Notes: a model not told the origin generated them from the sequence alone. Numbered from the whole stretch's first letter, positions 11,827-24,517 are shown. The stretch: 50,520 bases of DNA, filler included, from Basidioascus undulatus (GCA_000826855.1; 3 parts of 3 records of this genome joined end to end with filler, not necessarily neighbours in it), one strand, 5' to 3'. Numbers and translations are program-made.

Positions 11827-14567
11827 ATGTCGCAGGCGAAATCTGGTCCAGAAGCGAAGGGACTTCCATCGCCGTCGCCCCGGAAACCAGTCACTGAGGT
11901 CTCGATCAGCGAGTTTGAGACCGTGAGGACTCCATTTGTACCAGGGGAGGAGGAGGTCTTGGTTAGCCCGGAGCAGAAGAAGGCTGAGCGAAAGGTGCTC
12001 CGCAAGGTACGTCGTTGATACTCGGGTGACCAGCCGACAGCTGAACAGGAGAGTGCTGTAGATAGATGCGCGGATCATGCCTTTCACGACCTTGTTATAC
12101 TTGATGGCTTACCTCGGTACGTAGACTGGCCGTGTTCGTTCTTCTGTGGTGGGGGCTGAAGGGGCTACCCGACTGGCATGGACAGACAGATCCAACCTGG
12201 TTGGTCGTTGGATTGGGCCGTCAGGGTGTGTTTATCAGACTTAGGCTGACCTGCCGCCCTTAGGGAAACGCGAAATTGTTGGGTCTGGTCCACGACATTC
12301 TCGGTGGAGACCCGACCGGAGAAAGATTCGGGCTTGTGAGTGCGTTCTTCTTCATTTCGTAAGTGTCTCTATGGAAAGTATAGCAACTTTGCGCCGTCTT
12401 CTGATGGATTACTGCACCGCTTGTATCACAGATACCTCGTGTTTCGTACGGCTAGTCGAGTTAACTGCCAACTATTTAAAGCCATGTCTGAACACGTTTG
12501 TTTTTCAGAAATTCCCCTAGCACTCTCGGCCAAGGAATGGCCTCCCAATATAATAATCAGTCTCGTTACCATTACTTGGGGTCTGGCGTCGACGTGTCAA
12601 GCGGTGAGCTGCTTTGCACGACATGCAAAGCACACAGTGTTGCTGACGAGATGGAATGTGTTGCAGGCTACTTTCAACGAGGCCAGCATGCTAGTCTGCC
12701 GTTTCTTTCTGGGATTAGCTGGCACGTCTTCTCTGGCCTAATACGAGGATTTCACTGCGATATTCGGCTGACTAGCCTTCGTGCTTTGCAGAGGCTGGGT
12801 TTGGCCCGGTTGTCCCGTATTACTACGCTCATTGGTACAAAAAGGAGGAGCTCGGCGTAAGGACCACGATATTCATATCTGCGGCGCCTCTGAGCGGCTC
12901 GTTTTCTGGACTGGTGCGCAAAGCAGTTTTAACATAACTAGACTATGTGCGTTGACGAGATTGGCCCAGATCGCCTATGGCATTGCGCACATTCGGAGCC
13001 ATCTACCACCATGGAGAATTCTGTTTCTTGTAGAGGTTAGCCCCATCGTCTTCTTTACGGTGCTTGCTTATCCATCTAAAAGACGATGTTCTTTAGGGCC
13101 TGCCGACAATCTTGCTCGGCGTGCTTTGTCTACTCTGCCTACCGAGCCGCATAGAGACGACAAAGATGTTCAGTGAGGAAGAGCGTGCAATCGGTGCGGT
13201 GTTCCAGTCCTTTCTGGCTCCGCCTAGCTGACGGGGGCGCAAGTCTCTTTCAGCACAGGAGCGAAAAAGTCGTGAGGTTTCCCCCGAAGAAGGCGGGAAA
13301 ATTGACTGGCGGCACGTACTCAACGCCTTGCTGGACTGGCGTGTCTGGCTCGGTATGCCTCTACCTATTCACGTCATCTACGCTGCCGCAATGATTGAGG
13401 CCAAATCTTCCTGAAGTATGCTTGACCTATCAAAGCATGAACGTCGCCCTCGCATCCATCAATATGTTCCTTCCGACGATTGTCGAGTCCATGGGCTACC
13501 ATGGCGCTAACGCACAGCTTTATACGTCCGTCGATTATGCGTATCGCTTTCTGGAAAGGGCGGGCTTACTCGTAGATTTCGCAGCGTACCACCGTACACA
13601 ATGGCAGGAGTGGTGAGCTCCCAATGCCTTCATGCTTAGGGCTCGGGATTGACCTAAGCTTTGGTGATCGATTTCAAGGTCATGATTGCCGTGGCAGGCG
13701 CCTCTGATCATTTTAAGCTTAGAGGCCCTTTCATCGGCGGCGGCTTGCTGGTCGCTGGCATCGGTTATGCGCTGTTGCTCTCGTCGGACCCGAGCGAAAA
13801 GCATACCCGCTACGGGGGGGTGTTCCTCATCGTCACTGGAACATACAGTGAGCTTTTCCCCATTCATCTCCTGCATTCTCAAACTACGGCCTGACATAAC
13901 GGGCGGGCAGGTGCTCTTCCCTTAGCCTTGTGAGCGCACTTCGTCGAAACCACTTTGTCGATCGCACTGACCAGGGTCGCGCTGCTCGAAGGGCATGGGC
14001 AAGTGTACACTCGCACGAGGGCCAGCGGACCATATTGATTCGGTTCTGTGCTGTGCAGGTGGCCAACAATTCCGGGAGCGAAAGCAAGCGCGCCGTTTCA
14101 ATAGCCATGCTGAACAGGTCCGCGCTTCTCTTTTGAAAAGGCTTCTTAAGCGGCTGCTGAAATGCGTGAGAGACCAAAGCCTCGGCCACACCTTGAGCAT
14201 TCTCGGGACCTTCATCTATCCCGAGCCAGAGAGCCCTAGGTATACCAAGGGGTTCGCGATTTGCATGGTCTGCACGAAGTTCCTCGACTGTCCAGATGAG
14301 ATCTATGTCGCTCACTTCTTATCCGACCCGCCCCACGTGCCAGGCATTCGCATTCTGGGGAGCTTTCAACGCCTTATTGTTGAGCGGGATACTCCATTTT
14401 ATTAACCGCCGACGCCATCGGCGGGAAGGCCCTGTGAGTTCCGCTCTCTCAGAAGCCTGCAGTCCATACCCTGTCCGCTCACCCCTTGCCCCCAGCTCCC
14501 GATGGGGGATCGACCCGACACCCTCCACTACGCCGACAAGGCAGAAGGATTCCGCTACGTCCGCTGA
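11827..14567 (+). CDS. MFS transporter, anion:cation symporter (TNA1/DAL5-like) family
   Basis: ERKVLRK|IDARIMPFTTLLYLMAYL|DRSNL|GNAKL, RFFLGLAEAGFGP, WYKKEELGVR, WRILFLVE, FLPTIVESMGY, ESPRYTKGF, FRYVR*. Highly intron-fragmented. Confidence 0.9.
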
Positions 14568-15275
14568 ACCTCAATTCGCTCCATACTTTCCGTTACGCGA
14601 CGCCACGATCTTCCACGACCTTTGAAACGAGATGTTATGTTTACGCGCTTTTGCGTATCTCACGCCTCATCCCCAAATGGCGTTTACTAAGATTTTTCTG
14701 TGAAAGATGTGTGTTACCTACGTCGAAGAACCTGCATGATACTTCTGAAAGGACGACTAAGGCGGCGTGTCAGAACTTCGACTGCCTTCGCGGCAGATCA
14801 GCTCGCACGTTGCAGTTAGTTCACCGCCGACAGCGTGCAGGAGTTACGATGAGGACTATGAAGGGTCGAATCACCGCCGTTCTTGACAATATTTTAGGTA
14901 GACAGGAAGATCACTGAAAACTCTTCGCACATGGCAGCGAGCGGCTTCGCCTGGGCGAACACTCAATTTCATCACTTCCACTCTCGCGATCTCGCAGCGG
15001 CGTTCCGAAACTTCGCCATCCCCCCTCCCTTCCTTCTGAACCTTCTTCTTCCTCCTAGTTCCTTCCTCCCGGCGAAACTCTCACAGAAAGTAAGTCAAGG
15101 CCTCCTCCCAATCCAATGACCCCAGCCCCTCTCACCCTTCGCTCATCCCTTCCCTCTCTCCCTTCCCTCCAAACCCAATCTGCCACCTCCCACCCATCCC
15201 CATCCGCGCTCGCCCCATCCCGCGCCTTCCCAATCCCCACGCTCAGATCCACTCTCCCCGAACAAACAATCCATC

Positions 15276-15742
15276 ATGCCCCGCCGCCGTACCCCTATTC
15301 CCGAGCCCGCGCACTCGCACAACGTCGCTGCCGCGTCTCACCGGAAGCAGCAAGACAAAGCTGATGCCGCTGCCGCGCCGCCTGCTCCGCAACAGGAAGA
15401 GGCGGCGGTGGACGAGCCCTCGCGCCCGGCGGAGACGGAGGGCGAGCGCCTGCTCAGGAGTACGACGATCCGGGACGACCCCGAGTCGTTCACGCGTCAT
15501 CGCGCGGGGCTCAAGGCCGCGCTCAAGAACCCGATCGTCAAGTGCGTCTGTCTTCAGCCCTCCCCTGCCTTCTTCTTCTCCCACCAGGAAAAGCGATGAT
15601 AGAACGAAGTGGGGGTTCTGTGTGCGTGGGGAACAGGCCCGAAACGAAGGAGCGCGTGAGGAGGCAACTTGAAGAGGAGGAGCAGGAGGGTCCACAGGTC
15701 CATGGACGCCCGCCAACGGGCGTGATCGGAGGGGCGCGGTGA
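15276..15742 (+). CDS. Small hydrophilic protein with a Con-6 (conidiation protein 6)-like motif
   Basis: Intron gtgcgt..aacag (about 15542-15636) joins RHRAGLKAALKNPIVK-PETKERVRRQLEE, resembling the Con-6 pattern GxKAxLxNPxVSxEAKE. Confidence 0.6.
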
Positions 15743-16155
15743 GCAGGCGGGCGGTCGGAAACGAAGCGAAGCGAAGCGGATGTGAGAATGACGGCTGGCT
15801 TTGTGAACTGTACTGCGCCGCTCTGCATAATGACACGAGATACGGCTTATCGCTGCGCTGTGATGATCGACCGACCGAGCTTGACGTACCGTGGGCCTTG
15901 AGCGATGAGCCGTGAGCCCCACCGTGCATCAAATGTGCGACGTTAAAACGTCAACCGGCCGCTCAGCTAGCTATGTCCAGCTCCAAGGGTGCCGGAAAGA
16001 CGAAGAAAAGCTGTATAAGAAGCAAAAAAGAAGTGCGCCGCTGCAGCCCGCCCTGCCCTGCGGCCCGCCCAATCATCGCGGATCGTACACGTTCGTACAC
16101 CCCCTAGCCACCTGTCCCCACCGAACCGCCCTCACCCGACCGAACCCCCCCGCAT

Positions 16156-16788
16156 CTAGTCCTGCTCCGGCTCCAGGTCGCCATACACTGTTGCGTTCCG
16201 ATCCATCCCGGTCAGCACCGTAAAGCAGATGAAAGGGGGAAAAAGGAGGGAGAGGAAGACGGGCGGAGGAATAACGACGGACCCTTCGTCCTAAAGTAGC
16301 TTTCGTCAAACCAGTGCACGCGGACATACCCGTCCTCACCGCCGGACGCGTAGCTCTTGCCGCTCGGGTGGACGGCGATGGTGTTGATCGGGCCGAAGTC
16401 TGTTCATCCATCCACCACATCACAAAATATCAGTTCCTCCTCCATGGATGCTCATCTTCGGGAGTGCGAAAGGGGGAGGGGACGCAATGCGAGAGGAGTG
16501 GAGAGGAGAGCGGAGAATGAGGGATGGGGGAACGGGGTACTTACGGCCCTTAACGCGCCCAACCTCCTCCTCGAGGACCTTATGCCAGAACCGACACTCG
16601 AACTTGCCCTGCCGCGCGGAAGTGGTCGTCACGTTCATAGCCTCCTGGCCACCGCCGAGGATGACCTGGTTTTGCCCGGCGGAGGGGGAGGGGTCAGCAC
16701 TACGTCGGACTGCGTTCGCGTTTCGGTAGTATCAGGTTGGGGTAAGATGCCTTTACGGACGCACCTGAAGAATGACACCGAGCATCTG
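16156..16788 (-). CDS. TIF34: Translation initiation factor eIF3 subunit I (WD40), 3' part; 5' part lost in gap
   Basis: [89 protein letters not shown]. Confidence 0.93.
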
Positions 16789-16888
16789 NNNNNNNNNNNN
16801 NNNNNNNNNNNNNNNNNNNNNNNNNNNNNNNNTTAATTAATTAANNNNNNNNNNNNNNNNNNNNNNNNNNNNNNNNNNNNNNNNNNNN
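16789..16888. other. Assembly spacer (44 N + TTAATTAATTAA + 44 N)
   Basis: Six-frame stop linker inside an N run; artificial contig join. Confidence 0.97.
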
Positions 16889-17030
16889 TGGGGGGGTGGG
16901 GAAGGTCGGTGCGGGAGGGAGAGGGGGAGCGCGAGCGCGGGGGAGAGAGCGGCACGGACTCGGCGTCTTCGAAGGAGTCGGGCGTGGATGCGCCGGAGCA
17001 CGGGCGCGAGGGTGTGCTGGGCTGGGACAT
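16889..17030 (-). CDS. N-terminus of an unidentified Ser/Pro-rich protein, truncated by gap
   Basis: MSQPSTPSRPCSGASTPDSFEDAESVPLSPPRSRSPSP, preceded by a branch point/acceptor (ctgac..aaaacag) suggesting a 5'UTR intron. It does not resemble the usual eIF3i N-terminus. Confidence 0.45.
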
Positions 17031-17879
17031 CTTGCGTGTGGGAGAGGGGGGATGGGAGCGTGTACTGTTTTGGGAGGAGGGCAAGGAGGGTCAGCGAGTC
17101 GAGAGGAGGGGGGCACTTGGGGCGTTGGGCTGTGAGCGCTGCCTCTGTGCGAGTCTCGCTTCTTCCACCAAGTATTCCCAGCTGCAAAAGACCAAACAGC
17201 CACTACAACTCTCCAGTATGCCCAACGATACCAAAATAAAGAGCAGCGACATGCGCAGCTCGGTACGCTCGCCAGCGCACCGCAGCTGACCCAGGCGACA
17301 TCCACACGCCGACTCACCTGTACTCCAAGCTCTCCGGTCTTCCTAAGCCCCCACAATCCCCAGTGCGAGATCCAACAATTCCCGAGGTCGATGGCCCTCG
17401 CGATGGGGTTGGAGGAAGGCAAGGACTCTGCAACGAGCAGAGGTGGACGGTATGTGTGTGTGACGAGCTGGGTCGGCACGGATCGAGTCGAGAAGTCGCG
17501 AAGGCAAGGTGAGACACGAGCAACACGCTCGCGCCCTTGTCTTCATCATTCCCTCGCACAATATCCGGAGCACTTTCGCGGAATTGAGCGCGGCATTTTC
17601 ATATTTTGAATGTATGGGCTCCCAATTATGCATTTGTAACAATTTTGTGGTGTTATTGCAAGAAAGTGAGCGATGTGACGCGTATAAATCTACATCTTCT
17701 CCGGATGCTAAACCACGTGCCTGTGCCCGCGTCCTGATCGCCAATTACCGACGAGGTTGTTCTGTGTTCCTCGCCTCCTCACCACTCCTCCTCACCCGCA
17801 CATTCTCGGCACAGTTCGTCGCCAGATAACTGAGCAAAACGAAAACGCTCATGTTACCTTCTCCCACCAGGTCCTACTC

Positions 17880-18674
17880 ATGGCCCGTCGCGGGGTCGGC
17901 CTAGCCGCGTTCTCGCACGCGTCGCTCACGTCCTCGTCCTTCTCGTCCCTCTCATCCTCGCTGTCCGCGCAACAGCTCCAACACCTCACCTCCCAACTCC
18001 AAACCTTTCGCTCAGCGCTCTCTACCTTCGCGACGCACCACCGGGGCGATATCGCGCGAGACCCCGCGTTCCGCACGGCGTTCCACCGCATGTGCGCCGC
18101 GCTGGGGGTCGACCCGCTTGCAGGCCCGCGTCGCGGCGGCTTCTGGTCGGACGTCCTGGGGCTGGGAGACTGGTACTTTGAGTTAGCCGTGCAGGTCGTG
18201 GATGTGTGCGTGTCGACGCGCGAGCGCAACGGCGGGGTGATCGAGATGGGCGACCTACTCCGCCGCCTGACCGCCATGCGCGGCGGCGCCGACGGGTCCA
18301 TCACGCCCGCGGACGTCCTCCGCGCGCTCGCGGCGCTCGAGCCCCTCGGGTGCGGGTACACGACGAGCGAGCCCGCGCCCGGGCGGACGCTGATTCGCTC
18401 GCTGCCCCGCGAGCTCGATACCGACCAGACGGCCCTCCTCGCGATCGCCGCGGACAACGGAGGGTGGGTGAACGTCCCTCTGGTGGAGCTGCTCAGTGCG
18501 TCGGAGTGGGATGAGAGGGGGCAGGCGAAGGGCGGCTGGGGGAGGGAGAGGGCGGGGAAAGTCCTGGAGGACGCGGTGATGACGGAGGGGACGGCGTGGG
18601 TCGATGATCAGTGTCCGGGCGGGGAGAGGGAGTGGTGGTTCCCTGCGGCGATAAAGTGGGAGGAAGAGGGGTGA
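17880..18674 (+). CDS. SNF8: ESCRT-II subunit Snf8/Vps22 (EAP30 family), intronless
   Basis: MARRGVGLAAF..QLQTFRSALSTFATHHRGDIARDPAFRTAFHRMCAALGVDPLA..FWSDVLGLGDWYFELAVQVVDVCVSTRERNGG..RSLPRELDTDQ..WVDDQ. Confidence 0.95.
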   Translation: MARRGVGLAAFSHASLTSSSFSSLSSSLSAQQLQHLTSQLQTFRSALSTFATHHRGDIARDPAFRTAFHRMCAALGVDPLAGPRRGGFWSDVLGLGDWYFELAVQVVDVCVSTRERNGGVIEMGDLLRRLTAMRGGADGSITPADVLRALAALEPLGCGYTTSEPAPGRTLIRSLPRELDTDQTALLAIAADNGGWVNVPLVELLSASEWDERGQAKGGWGRERAGKVLEDAVMTEGTAWVDDQCPGGEREWWFPAAIKWEEEG

Positions 18675-19444
18675 TGAATCTGCTCTTTGACCCGGAGACC
18701 AAAACGCACCAGAAGCCGGCTGCGCGCTGCTCTTTTGTGCAGAAGACGTTGTTCGGTGATTGACTGCCTATAAGCCAGGTAAGTTTTCGCAGAAGCTGAC
18801 TACCTGGTCGTATGAATGATTACAATCCAAGCTCAATCATTGTACTCAGGTTGCCATTCCAATATGGATCGAAAGAGTTTACCGTGCCAGCGTGACAAAC
18901 GCTGCAGGCAGGCTTTCTCCCCAAACATCGCTGTGTACGTTCGCGCAGCATCGATGGTCCTTAAGATACCGGTATCAGCATTCTCAATTTCCTCCATTAT
19001 TTCTGTCAGATTCCCTGAGAAAATAAAGGACTGTACGACGATAATGCAGCCTCTCCAAAAGCACGTGCCCGTCCCTCTTATCGCCGACCCCGAAATGACA
19101 TCCTTCCCCGCCCCCTGCCCTCCTCCCCCCTTGACGTGCTCCACTCTCCCGTTCACTCAACCAAACATGGCGACGAGACCCCCGCCCGACAGCGACCCCG
19201 CGGCGGGATGGCCCGAGCTCGCGTCCGGCGCAGAGGGAGAAGGAGAGCGCGGGCGGGGCAGAGGCAGAGAGGGAGGGGTAGGGGGAGGTGTGAAGTGGAA
19301 GTTACGGACGGAGGGGGAGTGGTATATCGGTTCTTTGGGTGCGCAATAGCCCATGTTCATTTCAACTTCAAAGCAAGCTCACTCTCGATTTTTGCGGAGA
19401 AACTAGAATCCAAGCTGCGCAGACTGCAAGACCGCTCCCCTCCC

Positions 19445-21738
19445 ATGACGACCACCTCCGCGCGGCCCCCCTCCCCCTCCGCCTCCGCCCCTCCCCACGA
19501 GTGCAGCCGCGCGAACGACGCGCAGCCGCTCGGCGTCGACCCCGCTCTACGCGCCCGCCGATCCCTCCCCGCCCCTCCCTGCCTGCGGGAGCTTCGCAGG
19601 CCTCATCCCGCCCCCGGGGAACGGGCACAACCGCCCGGGCACGGGCACGGTCCTCGAGGAGGGCGAGAGCTCGTTCCCGCGCTTGTCCCTCTCTGGCAGC
19701 TCGGCGGGCAGGGGCAGAAAGGATAGTGGGGCAAGTGGGAAGCGCGGGAGGAGGAGCGGCGATCAGAACGAGGAGGAGGACCTCGATCCCGTCACTGTCA
19801 TCGGGCTCCGGCCGGGCGAAGGTCCCTCCCCCGAGCGCAGAATCCGGGGCGTCGAGTCCAACCCCGTCCTTCGTACCTCCTTCCTCTCCACGAACTCCAC
19901 CACAATCACAACAACCCACGCGCAGCCGCAGCCGCCTCCCACCTCCTCCCCTCATCCCGCGGGCGCAGCGCTCTCCGCCGTCCCAATCCCCTCAATGCCG
20001 AACCTCTCCGCCCTCGCAGCGCGGCACCGCCTCCCGCCCTCCGCGGCGGGGGCTGCACGCCGCTTCGTCCTCCCCTCGTACGCGCCCCCACCCCCACCGC
20101 AGCCGACGTCCGCCCTCGCGGCGCGCCCGTCGACGGAGCTCGTCATCGCGCGCGCGCGCCGGCTCGCGGACGAGCGCGCAAGGGAGAACGTCAGGACGCT
20201 GCTGGGCGGCGCTGGGGGGGCGAGGAGGAAGCCCGTGCCGGAGTGGGTGGGGGCTGTGGAGAGTGGGAGTGGTAGCGAGGGGAAGGGGATCCGGGCGGAG
20301 AAGGGAGGCGCAGACTCGCTGAGCCCCCCGTTGGGGTCGAGCGATAACTCCAGCAGGCGGCGTGTGTCTCCGTCTTCGAGCGTTATGCAGCCCGATACGG
20401 ACGTAGAAGACGAAGACCCCGTGCGTCTTGAGTCCTTTTCCTCCCATTCACCATCCACGTACTGATGCGATTCTTTCCGGGGAGTAGGACAACCCCCTCT
20501 CGTACTCGAACCTCTTCTTCGCGCCGTCCCCAGACCACGCGCATACCCCAGGCCGACGCGAGCGCGCCCAGACTCTGCCGACCACCCCGTCGGCAGCGTC
20601 CACGCGCTCGTCCGCCTCGGACATGGACGACCGGCGCAGCCCGCTCCTCTTCGGGCTGCGGCACGGCGCGCTCGAGTGCACCCGCAGGAACAATGTGCTC
20701 GTCACGCCGCCGACGGACGAGGGTCCAGGCGCAGGGCAGGACGGGGACGACGGCGAAAGGGGGTTGCTGCTTCCCCCGCCTGGCCTGCTTACGCCCCACA
20801 ATCACCCGCCCTCGTACTTCTCGCCCGTCTCCACACCCGCGAGCGAGGCCATCACCCCCATCCGGATTCTGAACTCGTACTTCAGTAGCAGTGAGTCCAC
20901 CTCTCACCCTCCATCCCTCCTCTTCTTCTTCCATCCGAGCTCCCGTTCACCATCTCTTGCAGGCCCAGACACGCAAGGCCGGATCGGGACCGTCGACTCG
21001 CAGCTGCCCTCGCTCGTGCCCTCGCCCTCGCCGTCCGAAATCAGCGACACGGACAGAGAAATCTACTTCGGGCGCAAGCGCTCGTACATCGCCGAGCCGC
21101 TCTCCTCGCCGCAGCACACCGAGTTCTCGTACGCCGCGCCGTCGAGCACGCTCGAAGGCGCGCGCGCAGGCTTGCTCTCGCCTTTCCCCCCCACCGCCTC
21201 TGGAGCGGTGTACGCCCACCCGGACCGGACGGCGTCCGCGGAGTCGCGGCACACGGGACTCCCCAACGCGTCCTCCGCCTTCGCGCTCTTCCCCGCGCAT
21301 ACCGACTTCCCGCGCCCGCCCATCGTCGACTTCTCCCCCTCCGAGCCCCAGCTCCCGGCGCCCCGCCGGAAGCGTTCGCAGTCTTTCCCCGAGGCTTCTA
21401 CCGAGCCCTCGAACCTCAACCTCCTCGACACGCCCCCGCGCGCGCAGGGCGCCCGCCTGAGCTGGCAGACCCCCAGCCGCAAGTCGTCGTATGCCACTGT
21501 GGTGTCCACCACGGAGGGGTACGCCACTGCGCCCGAGGAGCAGGAGCAGGAGCTGTTTACGCCCTCGCCCGCGGATAGCGAGGAGGTCCTTCGTGGGGGT
21601 GTGTTAGTGGATCCGCTGGAGAGCGGGTATGTCGACGAGGAAGAGGCGGCGGGTGGGAATAGGATGAGCGGGTACTTTGGGCTTCCGCTGCCCAGGGAGA
21701 GGAGGAGGGTCGACAGCGACGCGACTATGCGGCTTTGA
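19445..21738 (+). CDS. Long Pro/Ser-rich, probably disordered protein of unknown function
   Basis: GC-rich coding-like sequence. The frame open from 19449 to 20420 joins via intron gtgcgt..ctgat..tag (20421-20487) to the frame ending at 21738. The nearest ATG (19445) needs a 1-nt shift, so the start is uncertain. Confidence 0.55.
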
Positions 21739-22706
21739 TCGACCTACATCAACACACTTTCCGATGGTTTTTCTCCCTTTTTTTAGGATATAGAACACAA
21801 GCTGTCGCAGTTACTTCCGCATTGACCCATTCAAGCCCGTACGAGTGGTTCGCCGTACCAGTCGCACATTTTCCCTGCACTACCTTTCCGTTACCCACCT
21901 GCAGTAGTTTGTCTCTTTCAAACACATACCGCGCAGAACCCTAATTAGGTATGTCCATCGCTAGCTAGTCTTACGCCGTTTCGTTGTAGTGCTCGCATTT
22001 TGCTCGCTCGCTCCATGTACAGGTAGACATAGAGAAACTTGTCACCTGTGTGCACGTCGGATCGTGCTCGCAAGCCGTTGGTGGCGGGCGTGCTCGGCAA
22101 AGGGGGGTGGGCTGAGATCGCCCTAGATTGCCTTTACCGTGTCCAACGCAAGGAGGGTTGTCCAAACAAGACCCATACATGAACTTCATTTCCCCGAACG
22201 CAGAAGCGTGAAAGGCGTATGCATGGAATTTTATGGGACGCGATTGCACGCGTTATATGATAAGCTCATACGACTACAAGGTCGCGCTTTGGCGGATACG
22301 ACTGAACATTAAGCATTTAGCTGTCGTACTATTCAACGATTCGTTACGAAGACCTGCCCCAATGCGCTTGAGTGTCTTATTGAGTGTCGCCGGTCCGTTG
22401 GCTGGGCCACCACAGGCCAGCGCTGGCTTCACGCGTGCTCGGCGACCGCTGCAGCTCAGTGGGTCTGTACACAGATACCGACAGACAGAAACAGCATGGC
22501 AGGTGAAGCTCGCCTGCACCTGGTTGGCTCGGAAGATATGGAGACCGCGATAAATGGAATGTCCCATCAAAGAAGATCTGCAGTCTACCGGCCCACCTTC
22601 GACCTTCTTTTGAACCGGCCTGACAACGCGTTGGAAAGGTTCCCAACGTTTCCCCCATCTTACCTACCGACTCCAGACTTAAGCTTCTCATAACACGGTG
22701 CCTAGC

Positions 22707-23891
22707 ATGCGTCCTCGACTCGCAACTGCAATTGTTCTTGCCCTGCTCTGCCCCCTCTGCAGCTTGAACCCTTTGGGTGCGGCCGCTTCGGGCATCCCCA
22801 CCACACCGGGGAAGATCCTACTACTGGGCGACGGCCTCTTCCAGCGAAGCGCCGCCGCGGGTGGGGTAGCGGAGCAGCTCGCAGATGCGTACCGAAACTC
22901 ACTCATGGGTCCGGTTTTGGGATGGCTGACCGTTCGATACTGACGACCACGGTGCTGCGCCAGAACACTACATCAGGAAATTGGACGTTGTGAACCGCGG
23001 CTTCGGGGGGTTCACTTCGACGCAGGCTTTGGCTGTTGCGCAAAACATGAGTGAAACCAAGCCGAACACAAAACTCTAGCAGGACTGTATTGGTTGTTTC
23101 GCTAACATGTTGGACTGCCAGATCGTACTGCAGTGTGTGCAAATTCTAATGATCTGGCTTGGTGAGCTGCTTTGTCATGGGTATGCCGAGGGTAATGGCT
23201 AATTCTGGCATTGCTGGCAGCACTGTAGGAGCCAACGTGCGCCGCGATCATGCGGTGCAAATGTCAATTTGTTACCTTTCTTCCACTCATACCTTAAGAT
23301 CAAGATTAAACTCTCGGATGCCTATCCGGAAATCTCCTCAGCCCCCTCCTCGCGCTCGCTCCCCCAAACGCAAAAATGCTCATCTTTACGCCGACTCCCT
23401 GAAACATCTCTTGCCCCTATTGCGACCCCTCGTGGTGGAGCAAGGACACCTTTCCCTTCGCACAGGCGGTCAACGAAATAGGCTCAGAGGAGGGCGGGCC
23501 GGTCGTTGATGTCCAGTGTGCCCTGACGGACCCGGCGCAGGCGCTGTGAAAGGAGGTCTCGCAGTTTCAGCTGGATGGGCTGCATCTGAACTTTGGGGCT
23601 GAATCTGGTTACGAGGTGAGCGTTTCGTTATATTGTCTTGCTCTCATTTGGTGTAGGCGGAGAACTCAACAGTTCGCCTCTCTCGCTCAGGTTGTCTACA
23701 ACGCCACCCTCGCTGCCATCGGCGCCTCGTACCCCGCGCTGGCAGCCGAAAACCTTCCGGAGTGGGACCCCTCCACGTTGGCGGTATCAGGCAACATTTC
23801 GCAGCCGGTGTCCAATGTGGTGAAGTCGTCCGCGGCGAAAGGTTGGAGGTTTGGGTCGCGCTGGGCGGCAGCTTTGTTGTGGATGATTTGA
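22707..23891 (+). pseudogene. Secreted SGNH/GDSL hydrolase (IAH1-like), copy 1, degenerate
   Basis: Signal peptide, KILLLGDG (catalytic Ser replaced by Gly), YIRKLDVVNRGFGGFTS, LIIWL, GAN, DGLHL. In-frame TGA near 23548 and a disrupted central part. Confidence 0.75.
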
Positions 23892-24517
23892 CGTTTGCGC
23901 ATTTTATCGGTCGGTCTGCACGAGTCCTGACAACGAAGCAAGAAGGTCTTCACACTGAGCTTTTGTTCATACCGTTCCCCAGGCATGAGCGCCGGCGTTC
24001 CTCGCCATTTTCGAGGTTCGACCGAACCATGTCGTTAAAAATCCCCCATATGCCCGCCTGCTCCACTCCCACAAGCAAGTGCATAATGTGCTGTGCACCC
24101 CTTTAAAAGAGCATGTCATCAGCATGCACGGAATCCTTAGTATTATACTGTATTTTACAGTCAAAGCTGCAGCTGCGCCATGGCCATTACTGAGCGCAAC
24201 CATTTAACGCTCATTCTCATACGCGTAAGCCCGAACCGCTCGAATCTGTATTGTACATTAGCACGAACACTTCGAAAGTAGGAGATACTAATGAAATAGT
24301 TCCTGATTCAACACCAGACTCGCAATTCTCATGACCACCTATTATCTACCGTGCCTTCGGAAGCCTAGCCTATCAAAGAAGTCTGTGAGCGGCCGGCCTG
24401 CCCAGGGTCAGCCTCCCTTTTGAGTCGGTTCCGACAACACGTTGAAAAGGCCCCTCAACGCTTCTCTCCTTTGCCTACCCTCTTTCAGCTGCTGTATTCA
24501 TACAAACTGGGCCCAGG

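Noticed and set aside
16833..16844. Palindromic TTAATTAATTAA (also at 33700-33711)
   Set aside because: Artificial six-frame stop linker centred in N runs.
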